From the NCBI GenBank assembly GCA_905178155.1, contig CAJINV010000004.1, positions 558,609 to 622,608 of the forward strand: 64,000 nt of DNA, given 5' to 3'. A program made the translations under genes and the position numbers. The notes under the pieces are model-generated. The model worked only from the letters and a program-made list of their open reading frames with translations, was not told the DNA's origin and made no database searches. This DNA comes from Amoebophrya sp. A120 (taxonomy: Eukaryota > Protista > Dinoflagellata). This document shows, one piece after another, positions 1 through 12,000 of the stretch (the stretch's first letter is position 1; every line of letters begins with the position of its first letter).

Positions 1-3000
1 GGTCCTGTCATCTCCGTGGTTGCCCCGGCAGAGTGGAAAGAGACCCTTTTGCTGCACAACCTGTTCCGGTGTCTGCACAACGTCCCGCCGCTCATCTGGA
101 ACAGTGAGTTGGCTACGAACAGCGCGCAGCATTCGCAGTGCGACGTGGCGGCGAACACCATGTGCAGCTTTCCGGCGTCGGACCAATACCATTCGCCGAC
201 GAGCACGCGAAGCAACAAATTCGGCTTCACGAGTACCTTCGGCGAGAACATAGCGGAGGGAAGTGGCGGCGATCACGACTTGATACGGGATTCTCAAACG
301 GTACATTCTCAACTGTTGCATGATGAAAGTTGTTTCATCGCGGGAAAAGTTCTACTAGTCGACGCGCTAAATTTTGGAGTAGCACGAGAATGTTGCGCTT
401 GCGCTTGCGTCCCACTTCTGTATAATGCAAAGCGCGCAATGGCAACCGCAAGGTCCCCCCTCTTTACATAAATTTGCTCTTGTTGCATCCCAAATTATCC
501 ATGTGACGGCTGAGAGTGTAACAGATGAGAGCGCCATACTTGAACTCGGGGACGTGGGCCCGCGCGACGAAATGGTGGTACGAGGACGAGATTTATCCAT
601 TATTATGTCTGGCTCTGGTAGAATGAATTTAGATTTACCATGCAGAACTCTTGGCGTACAAACATGTTTGCAACACAGCCTTTTTTATGGTCGAGACAGA
701 GACTTCGCATAAGTACATTATCCAGACCCAGGCAAGTATTTGCAGTGCATAAGATCATTCTAACCCAAAATTGGCCGACGGGCAGCGTGTCAGACCCGGC
801 AGAATCCCTGGCCTCCTTGAACACCAATGACATCACGGTCCCTGTCGCGAAATGGACGAACGAAGCTGCCGCCAGCGGCAGTGGCCTGGCCGAGGGACTG
901 CACGATGTGCCCGTTGTATGGGAGAAAAAAACTGTATAAGTGTATAGTTTGCAGTGGTGCGGAGGACGATGCAAGACAAAGACTGTCACGCTGGTCATCA
1001 TGCGTGCTGGATGTGCTCCAGAGGCTAATTTCATACGCGTTTTCACGTACCAGCTACGCTCATTTGTATATGCAAAACTCGGCTGTGACGCTCCTTTAGT
1101 GACTTCCTGGTATGACGTTGCTCTTACAAACTTTTCTTCTTGCATACGTTGCCGGGAGCGCGATCGGGCACTACACGCAGGTCGTCTGGGGCGACAGTTG
1201 GGAGCTCGGCTGCGCTGGGTTCCCAACCGGGAAAGCCGTTTTGTGTCAGTACGGGAGGGGAGGAAACATCGGGAGCGCCACCATGACGACGCATTTCAAG
1301 GAAAATGTGGTCGCCTTGTCGAAAACGGAACAGGAGTGCGCAGTATCGATGGCGCAAAAGTGTGTATATCTGTGTCTCGAGGAAAGCTATATATGCAATA
1401 TTTTCGGATGATTGATAAGCCACCTGAACCTCCGATAATGGAACCTAGTTGCAGCCCGTGACAAGTTTCTGAGCGATGTGATTCTCGTGGTCCGAAAAGT
1501 CTGAGAATATTTTTACAAGCCGCGTCTTTGCAGCTGTACATATCAAAAAATCGCATTTCTCTCTCTCTTCTTCACTTCTCCCAAGGATTAGTTGCAACTC
1601 TTGCGACTTTCCAGTCTCAGAGACGAGATGACATATTTGCGCTGCATACTTGGGAGCAAATGACGACCAGTACCAGGTGCAGGGGTCGGTGAAGATCTTC
1701 CTCCCGGGGGCCTCGGTCAGCACCTGCGGGAGCGCGGAGTCGTTTATTTTACTCGCGTAGCCTCTGCAAAAGTTAAAGTATTGCACTCGTACTATTGATT
1801 GGAATTGTGCATCTTCATGACGAGGGATTCAGATTCTTCTCCTTCATGTGAACCAGCAATACAAACAAATTACGCTTTTCCTACTTTTCCTCAGTGGATT
1901 TTTGATGCGGTTTCTTCTACTAGTTGTATGTAGTGAGGTCACCGAACGGTTCTAACCGGGGAGTTTTTTTGACATATACCCTCAAAAACGACCGGCAGTT
2001 TTGAAGCCTGTAGAGAGTTTTTTTGCATGAAAAAGATCCCAGCGTGCAAGCCTGTTTGGCTTACCTGGCACCGAATCGCCAGCGGATTCTATCGATCGCC
2101 ACTGGGTAAAACGACGCAGAGAAGCCAGCAAAAGGGGCGCCCTTCTGGGGCGCCCACCGCCTTGGTTTCTGGCGGTTTGGGGCGCCCAAAAGGGCGCCCG
2201 AAAAAAACGCACCGAAAATCAGAACAAGCGAAACAGCATGGCACGGCCGCGGTTTCGGAGCATTTTGGGCGGCCGCGAAAGCGGCCGCATTTTCGCCGGT
2301 TTCAGAGCCTGGGGGGCTTTGCAAAAAGCGCCGACCAGAAAAGTAAAAACGCAAAAAAGCAAAAGCGCGCCAGACGCGCAAAGCCAATCCGCATGCTACG
2401 GGCCCGATTTTTCTTCGCTTTTTGGGCGCCCCCCGTGGCACCCGGATCGGCCTCATAGCATGGGGGCTGGCTTTCGGAAAGGAATATCGGAAATTTGCCA
2501 AAATTTGCGACGTTTATCAAGCGGCCGCCATACCGTGCGGCCTAACGTTACTCACGGCGGTACGGCGAGCCCAGAAAAAGCAAAGCCGCGGCCAAGGCGA
2601 CGGCCGGCAAGAAAACGCCCACGACCTCACTACCTCCGCCCCGGCGGCTATATTTGGTACAACGACAAGATACTTTTGCAATGCATACTGCCCTCGAGAA
2701 GCCAGTGAAGGAAGCGTTTAAGGCGCATTTTTCGTTGACCAAGACTTCCTTCGACGTTTACATTGAGGACAAACCGAATTACGGAGCCAAGTGTATGGAC
2801 TTCTCAATAAGCGTCAGATTGATAGCTGTTGCGTTAATTTATGATTCAGAATTACAGCAAAAGTGAAGGGAGAAGCAGCTCGCTTGCGCGTTTTGCATTA
2901 CAGTTGTGGACCGGATTTTCATGCCGTTGAGCGCTTCGAGAACTTGTCATGCGCAGGAGCTTGGTCTCGTGCGCAATGATAGTGAATCTGCATGACAAAA

Positions 3001-6000
3001 AAATTATGTATAGATACAGTGAACTACATCAATGGCACGCTTGAGAATCTGATGAATTGCTCGGCCGAATCCTCGGGCATGTCATACGAGTTTGGGTTTA
3101 TCCTGAGGTCGTTATCCGCTGGGAAAGCAAAGTGTGTGAAAACCGCTTTGGCGGGCGACCTTTCTGCATTGTTCACCACCCTGCAGTATGCATTGCAAAA
3201 GTATCGTACTCGTATAAATGCATGACAATTTCCCTCAGCATGAGAAATAAAATTTGTAATGAGGATTTGCCTTGAAGAGAAAAAAATTTGTAATGCATGA
3301 TTGCAATTACTACGAGTACGATACTTTTGCAGAGGATATGCAGTCGAAATGCAACGAGTTTCCGGATTCTCAGGTAGGGGCGTGTGCCACGACGTTGTCC
3401 GGTGGGGTGAGCGATTTGAAGCTAGGAAGTGAATTTACCCTCGAATACAGGCCGCCCATGTATTCAGTGCAAAAGTGCGTCGCTATTGCTTGTAAGTGGT
3501 GTTGCATTCATGCATTCTGGCAGAGTTGTAGACTACCTGTTTGTGATTGTGAGCTTAACAACATTTTTTAGCCTGACGGGCTCGAAATTTCATCCTGAAA
3601 AGGAGCGAGCTTGTTGTAAGCAGGCCTTGTACAACAGCCAGTTGTGCGATAGTACTTTTGCACGGGATAAGACGAGCGATGAGGCCACTGTCACCGCTGA
3701 CGCAGACTGCACCAGCGGGGCGGGAACGGGAGGAACAGCAGCTTCGACGGTATCCACGACAGTCAATTTCCCGTACACGTTTTTGCATGTGGATTCTCCA
3801 TGACACACTTTCCCTTCGCCTTCGATCCTCTGCTGCATGACAAGTGTTACTCTCTACGCTAGCGAAAAAAATATTTGTGATGCCTTTTCTAGCTCGTAAG
3901 TTGTATCCGGGACCGGGAAATTTAGACTGCATAGACGGCGGCCCCGGCTGCCACCACAACCCCGGTTGTCACCGTAACCTCCGCTACGACAGCCGCGGCA
4001 ACGTCGTCCTCAACTTCAAGCACAAGCTCAACGTCTACATCAACGTCGACGTCGAGCACAAGTACCAGTACGACCACAACAACCACCACAGAGGCGTCGA
4101 CAACTACGACGACCACAACGACCACAACGACCACAACGACGACAACCACGACGACCACGACGACCACGACAACAACGACCACCACCACAACGACGACCAC
4201 CACCACTACCACCACCACGACAACCACCACCACCACGACCACGACAACCACCCTCCCGAAGTTCCTGCGTTCTTTCCAGGTAGAGCTCACCGTGCCTTCC
4301 AGCGAGACGGCGGCGTCCATGGCGGCGAATGCGGACTTTTTGAAGGCCATGAAGAACGGCACGCAGTTCTACTTCAATCACGACCCTGCTTTGAGTTTCG
4401 CGGTTGCCGATCTGGTGGAATACACTCTCGCTGCGTCCGCCGTGCAGACGAGCTCGGACACCGAGGCATTTGTGGATGCGAACTACACCGCACAAGTTCC
4501 GTATCAAATGTAAATATGTCTGGGTCTGGAAGAATGCAACTTGTGATGCCGCATTTGGATTTCAAAAAAATCTGTATTGCATGAGCAGCAAAGGGAGTAT
4601 AATTTTTGCTACGGCAAGAGGGCGCTTGTCATGCGGAATAGGCATCAAGAAGCCCTCAAAAAATCTCTGATGCTAGGGCATGCATCACAAACATCTTGGC
4701 TCATGTGAAACTTGCATGACAAGTCTCAGAATCTTCCAGACCCAGACAGTTTTGCAGTGCATATTCCGCAGGGGCAGCTGATGTCCGACTTCGAGGCGCG
4801 GTGGCCAGACCCAAACTTATCTTCCGACCTATGCAAGAAAAAAACTGTGTAAGTGTAAATTTGTGTTGCAGAAGATGCGACAGAGTTACACCTGTCATGC
4901 CAAACAGCCATGAAGTCCTCTTTTCATGTGTGTTTTCCCTTAAAAACCATGCATGACAGGCTTTCTCTGTCATGTAGAGCAAATTTGTGATGCTGTTCCT
5001 CAAAGAAAGTTACACTTACACAGTTTTTTTCCTGGATACGACCAGCTAGATTTGTATTGCCGGGCAGTGTCGAGGAAAAAGCTCGAGTCAAGTCACTTTT
5101 ACACACAAGTCATCTGCTGGATTTGTTCATACTCCGACTTATTGTTGAGCAGAGGCGTTTTAGTCCGCTTGCTCCTGGAGAAGATTTTTTTGAAAGTTTT
5201 CGAAAGTTCAGTTTTGCAGTTTTCAATTTCTTTTAGCCGTTGGAGCAAAGCGGCCTCTGGACAAGTTGTCGGCGGGTCCTGTGCTTTCGCATTCGCGTAC
5301 GGTGTGGACGCGAAATTAGAAGGCTGCTGGCACAAGACCTCGGTGACGGCAGCGATCTTGCAGGCACGACAGGGAAGAGAGCAGCGGTTTCCAGATTTCG
5401 CGAGGACCGAAGATGGATGCCATAATCGTTTCCGGTGAGCTCCTTGATGCAGTGGCAGCTGCAGGGACGGTTTCTCTGATGTTGTGACTAAGAGTGCCGC
5501 AATCTCAAACGTGCAAGCACTACAGTGACGCTCGCATCAACTCCAATGGTACCATGTCGTCCACAATAGAAAATTGATATAGTGTCTGTCGTGATAAAAA
5601 ATCATAAATGTGGTCACGCATTTTAACCTTGTAGTTGTATGACGAGGAAAGAACGACGTAAAAATTGAAACCTGTAGTCGGAATTTGAAAATGAGGTCTA
5701 CCTGTATTTTAACTTAAATCGCTCGTATATTTGGATCAATCTCTTCTAAATCCATCGGAAGAACAACAAGCAGAAGATTTTTATCGTGTGAGAAAGACAG
5801 ACTAGACTTGACTCAAAGCTTTTTTCTCCTGCACACCTCGCTGAAACAGTACATCGACGACTCAGTCACGGTTGCGGCGATCTCGGGCGTTTCTGTCGTC
5901 TCAGTTGTGTCCCAGCAATCGCCTACCACGACAACCACCACGACGACCACCACTACGACAACGACCACCACGACGACCACCACCACCACGACAACCACCA

Positions 6001-9000
6001 CCACCACGACTACCACGACAACAACACTCCCATCGTTCAGTAGGAAGTTCACCATCCAGCTGAACACCCCGTCGACGGAGACGGCCAGTAGCATTGCGGC
6101 GATGCATATTCATTGCAAATATGTCTGGGTCTGGAGAAGTGCCAGGTTTGTCATGCATATTTTCCATGACCCATGATGTCTATGATGCATGCCCTAGCGT
6201 CACAGATTCTGCGAGGACTTTCTGATGCTTATACCGCATGAGAGACGCCCTCTCCGCGTAGCAAACACTGGACCCTTTTTGCTGTTCATGCAATACAGAT
6301 CTCATGTAGGATCCAAAGGTAGCATCACAAGTTGCTTCCTTCCCACCAAGACATATTTGCAGTGCATAATGCAGTCGGTGGTCGATGCCATGAAGAACGG
6401 CACGCAGTACTACTTCAATAGCGATCCGGCCTTGAGCTTCGCGTATGAAAGCCTCAGGTTGGAAATCCTCAAAGTGGAAATGATTTGTAATGCAAAAAAA
6501 CGACTCCAGCTGAAGCGCCATTTGTAGTCGGCGCATGACAAATTTCCCGGGCACTTAAAGCATGTCTGTCATGCAGGTTAAGGCAAAGGGGTGTCCTTCT
6601 CTCGTGCTAAGCAGCACTCCAATTCTTTACCCCTAGCAGGACAATAGTCGGCCTCCATTTTCGCGTCCTCTGCAATACAGGCTTTTTTGCTTCGCATTTC
6701 ATGCATCACAAATCATTTTCACTCTGAGGATTTCCATTCTGAGGCTTTCATATCGCGATGAGCGACCTGACGCAGTTCGAGGTGGCCGCGGCGTCGAACC
6801 AGTCCGCCAGCGTGACTTTAGCCGACATTGACGTCACGTATACCGCGCAAGTGCCCTCCGGGCAAGCTCTGTCCGACTACGAAACGAGGTGGCCGGATCC
6901 GGATTTATCCACGGACCAGCAGGATCTGTTGAAGCAGTACATCAATGAGAGCAGCACTATGGCATCGAACCCGGATATCACGGTGAGTAGCGCAGATATT
7001 GTGAGTCAGCCGAGTCCAACGACGACCACGACGACCTCAACTAGTACGACTACGACTACCAGTACCACGACAACAACGTCGACAACCACCACAACAACGA
7101 GTACTAGTACGACAACGACCGAAGCAAGTACGAGTACCACCCAGGCTGCCACGACAACTCAAGCTGCTACAAGTACTGATGCTTCGAATACTACGACGGA
7201 AGCGCCAACCACTCAAGCTGCTACTACTGCTGCTTCGAATGCTACGACGGAGGCGCCGACGACTCAAGCTGCTACTACTGTTGCTTCGAATGCTACAACG
7301 GAGGCGCCAACGACTCAAGCAGCGACGACGCAGGCACCCAATACAACTACCGAAGCCCCGACCACCGCAGCTGCGACAACGCAGGCACCCAATACAACTA
7401 CCGAGGCCCCAACAACCGCAGCTGCGACAACGCAGGCACCCAATACAACTACCGAGGCCCCGACCACGACTGCAGCAACGACGGTGGCCGCGACGACGGT
7501 GGCAGCTGCAACCACCGCCGCTGCAACCACAGCAGCCGCCACAACCGCTGCTGCAACGACTACCGCGCTGCCGACTTTACAGTTCGGAGGCTCGGTGGCC
7601 TGTTCGGGGGACCCGCAGACCTGTGCCTCGGACCCGGACCTGGTCAGTGCCATGAAGCAGGGGACGGCCACGTATTTGGCGAATTCGCTCCCGGGCACCA
7701 CGGCGGCCGACCTGCAGAACTTCCAGCTGACGGTGACCAACACGTCCATGTTCTTGCTGGAGTTTGAGTTCTCCTACGGCACACAAAGAGCGGACGTGGA
7801 CGTCGTCGCCTCGTTTCAAATCGCCGTGCCGGCAAACGAGACGGCGGCACTAGATCAGGCGTTCCCGGCGGCCGGATTGGACAGCGCGGCGTTGAACAGC
7901 CTGAGCAGTGTATCGTAAGGAAAAATCCCCCCTCCCCATATTGAAAGTGCATCCATCTGAAAATTTGTGATGCAGATTTGAATTTGTGACGACCACAAGT
8001 CGCGTCTGTCTTGCAAGGAGGCAAGTCCAGGCCGCCCGGCACGTTGTGCAGGCGATTTGTAACGTCGTAGGGCCTACAGGGCAGCCGTCTATCATGCTAG
8101 GCGCCTACACCCAAAGCCCCTACCTAGGCTTGCGAGCTGCGTGCGGAGCTCTACTGCAGCACAGATTTGGTTTGTGTACTGAAATACAGCGCCACAAATT
8201 TCGTTTTTGATATGGGATGGGGGCTTGTTTCGCTTTGATACAGTGCGGTTACCAGTGCGGTCTCTGCGGCTGCGATCCCGGGAATCGCTGTGAACTCTCT
8301 GAGCAGCATGCCATATGCATTGCAAAAGTATCATGTTCATACTACGTTGCAAAAATTTCTGTTTTGGAGTTTACCGGGTACGCGGTTAAGAGTTTGTCGA
8401 CGTAATTTACAAAGGGACGCCCTGCCCTTAGTTTCCCAACATGACAAATTTTGGAAGAAGAAAAAATGCAATTTCTTGTAGTGTTGATATAGGTAAATAA
8501 CAAACTAGATTTGTCATGCTGTGCTGCACTTAGTACGAGTTTGCGAAGATACTTTTGCAAAGCATATACCACGGCCGACGACGACGGCCCCGCCAGCAGC
8601 AACGACGCAGGCTATCCAAGAAAAAACACCCATCCACATCCAATTTGTCATGCAAAACATGCATAAAATTCTGTATTTGTCATGCAAAAAATGGATGTTG
8701 ATGGGTGTTTTTTCCGTGGATACAGGCCGCGGCGACCACACAAGCCCTAGCGGCAAACACGACGGAAGCGCCCACGACCACAGAAGCTCCTACCACGTAT
8801 TGTGAGGAAAAATCCCCCCTCCCCATACCAAAACGGGATACTTCAGAAAATTTATGATGCTGATTTCGGGCCACAAATCGTCTCTGTATTGCCAGAAGGC
8901 AAATCCAAAGGCCTGGCCGCGTTCTGCCGGCAATTTGTAATGCTGTATGGCCTACGGCGGATATGTCTGCATTGCTAAGCGCCTCCGCAAAAACGCCCCT

Positions 9001-12000
9001 ACTCCGGCCTTGTATCAGTTACAGTTTGCAGTCCTCTACTGCAAGACAAATCCGATTTGTGTACACAAATGAATCCCGCATCACAGATTTCCATCTCGAT
9101 ATAGGGAGGGAGATTTTTCCTTTTGATACCACGGAGGCACCAACCACAGTGGCGGTCGTGGCGAACACCACAGTCGCGCCGGCAACTACGACGGGCATGC
9201 CACCTGCGACGACCACAGCAGCTCCTGCTCCGCCGGCGGCAAATATGACGAAGTATCAACTGCAAAAATGTCTGGTTCTGGAAGATTGCAACTTGTAAAT
9301 GCTGTTTTTGGACTGTAAAAACAATTTGTATTGCATGACCAGCAAGATGAGGGGTACGCTTACACTTTTTGCTTCACGGGCAGGGCATTATTTCTCATGC
9401 GGACAGTGCATCAGGAAGCCCTCTGAAAGTCTGAGACGCTAGGTTGTGCATTACAGGCATCATGTGTCATGAGAAATATGCATGACAAATCTTGCATTTT
9501 TCCAGACCCAGACACTTTTGCATTTGATACGAAGCTGTTCCGGGCAATCTCGGTGGATCTCGAGATTCCATCCAGCATGACGGCAGACCAGTTGGCCCAG
9601 GATCCGGACTTTATGTTGGCCATCCAAGAAACCTACAGCAGCTATCTAGAGACGCAGATCGGGGCGGCTGGGCACAACGCGGGGGCGGTGAAGGTCGAGC
9701 CGACGGACGTGATGGACATTGTGGTCACGGTTCTGGGTGCCGCGACGCCTTTTCTCTTCTTGCAGACCGGCATGGAAAGTGAGATGGACATGGAAGAGGC
9801 TGTGTACGCGCAAGAAAATTCGATGTCTACACAGCTGGTGCGACAGTCAAAAACCCAAGCGGAAGAAAAGACGTTGACGGCTGGCAAAAGCAAGCACAAA
9901 AAAGCTGAAGCCGGCCACAAAAGCAAGAAGCACCGGCAGCACCATAAGAAGCAGGGCAACAAGGGGAAGACAACAAGTAGTAAGAGTACGAAAGAACAAT
10001 CCTCGGAGAACAATTACGAGTCGGGCGCCTTGTTGAATCTGCAGCAAGCGAAGCGCTCCCAGCCGGTAACCCTGCAGGTGAACGCCAATGTCCAGGTGCC
10101 GAACACGCTCTATGCATTGTAAAAGTGTCTGGGTCTGGGAGATTCTGAGACTTGTCATGCACGTTTTGCATGAGCCATGATGTCTGTGATGCATGCCGTA
10201 GCATCACAGGGCTTTCGAGACGTTCGTGATGCCTGTTTCGCATGACAAATGCCCTGTCCGCGTAGCAAAAATTACTATTACATTCCCTTTGCTACTCATG
10301 GTCATGCAATACAAATTTTTTTGGAATCCAAATGCAGCATCACAAGTTGGGTTCTTCCAGACCCAGACATTTTTGCATTTGATACGCTCTCCGCCGTGGC
10401 CAACGCAGCCTGGACCGCCACGGCCCCGCCTTCGAGTTTGATGACCGGACTTTTGACCGCCAATCTGCAGTCAAAATCGGGCTTGTCCACAATCACCGTG
10501 ACTGGTATCAACTACGCCACAACGACCACCACCTCAACCTCGACCATGGCCACGTTTCCGCCCACAACTCTGCCCCCACCTACGACACTACCAGTCGCGG
10601 TAACAACTACAACCACGACGACCACGACCACAACGACGACCACCACGACGACCACGACCACGACGACAACCACTACTACGACGGCGACGAGCATCCCGAA
10701 CTGGGTGGCGTCGCTGTTCCGGCTCGTCAAGGGTGCGCTGAAGAACCAGACCCCGGTATCCTGTGTAAAAACGTCTCCATCCCAGAGGTGTCATGCAGAT
10801 TTGCGATCACAGGAAGATTTGTAGTGCGCATCTCCATGAGAGGCATTTCCAATCGCATTTTGGAATTTGTAATGCTGTAAAGGAATGAGCAGACGGATTT
10901 GTGATGCTGCTGAACTAGCTAAACAGGACTACACAACTACGAAGCCAAACTTGTCATGCGCAGCAGCCAAAGGTTGTCGATTTGTCTTGCAGATTTCCCA
11001 ACTTGAGTATGAGGTGTGAACGTTTTTACAAATGATACCCGGGGCCGGCCCCTACGGTGATTCCAATTCCGGCACCTGCACCGGCGCCGTTGCCGCCTCC
11101 GCCGGCACCGATGATTTTCCCCGACAACGGGGGGTCAGCGGCGGCGTCCGCGTCTGCAGAAGCGTTTAAGTCCTTGTCGAGCGCGATGGCCAGTATGATG
11201 ACGAACCAGGCGAACAAACCCACACCGCCGCAGCCGAATATCAACATTACAATTGGAAGCGGTAGTACTTTCTTGGATTTTTCATAAATGCAGTTTCTAT
11301 TTCTACTTGTGAAAGCACTCTAATAGTTGTACGTGGTTATTTCCGTTTCTCACCTGCGTTGTAATATAGTATGCCGCAACTACCCAGATCGTTAGAGATC
11401 ATAGAAATATCAATACAACAGACGCACTGAACCCGAATTCGCAGTCTGGCGGATCGAGCCCCGACCCTAGCAAGCAGCAGGGGGTGAACATTCCGCAGAG
11501 TCTGCAGGTCTACGGTGGCGGCCCGAACCCCGGCGTGTCTTACCAAGCGAACCTGCGCGGCCGGCGCCGACGCGCGCAACAGCAGCAGCCTTTGGTGATC
11601 AACAACGGTCCGCTCCCCTACGTCCCCCCGGGCGGGAATTATCCACCACTGGTGAGCGGCGGCGTACCGGCCTACCCGCCGTACCCGTTTGTCTACCCCG
11701 GCGGGGGTGCCCCGGTAGCGACGCAGCAGTCGAGCGGAGGAGCAGCTCCGGTGTCCCAGACGCAGCAAGTCGGCGGCACGTCTTTCCAGCCAGCGCAGCA
11801 AGTCGTTCCTATGGCTGCACCTATCGAAGTGAAAAAAGCCCCCACCCCATATCGGAAACGAAAGGTGCGCGAATTTGTGGTGCTGTATTTGAGTACATAA
11901 ATCGACTTGTATTGCTAGAAGGCCAATAGACGAAGCTGCGGCCTAAATTGCAGGTAGTCTGTCATGCTGTTTCCCCCTTCCAGTTGCCTCCTGTCATCTT

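Noticed and set aside
3844-4584. His/Asp-rich ORF and minus-strand poly-Val ORFs (also 5813-6094, 10512-10730, 26439-26621)
   Set aside because: These are alternative-frame shadows of the (ACN)n poly-Thr exons.
4374-4670. Many short ORFs with recurring peptides (PDPDIFAFD, KCKNVWVWK, CKSIVLV)
   Set aside because: They are translations of introner TIRs, not a protein family.
8641-8690. Shared motif resembles the metazoan Sox-Oct composite site (TTGTNATGCAAA)
   Set aside because: POU factors are animal-specific and the gene structure is not metazoan; treated as coincidence.
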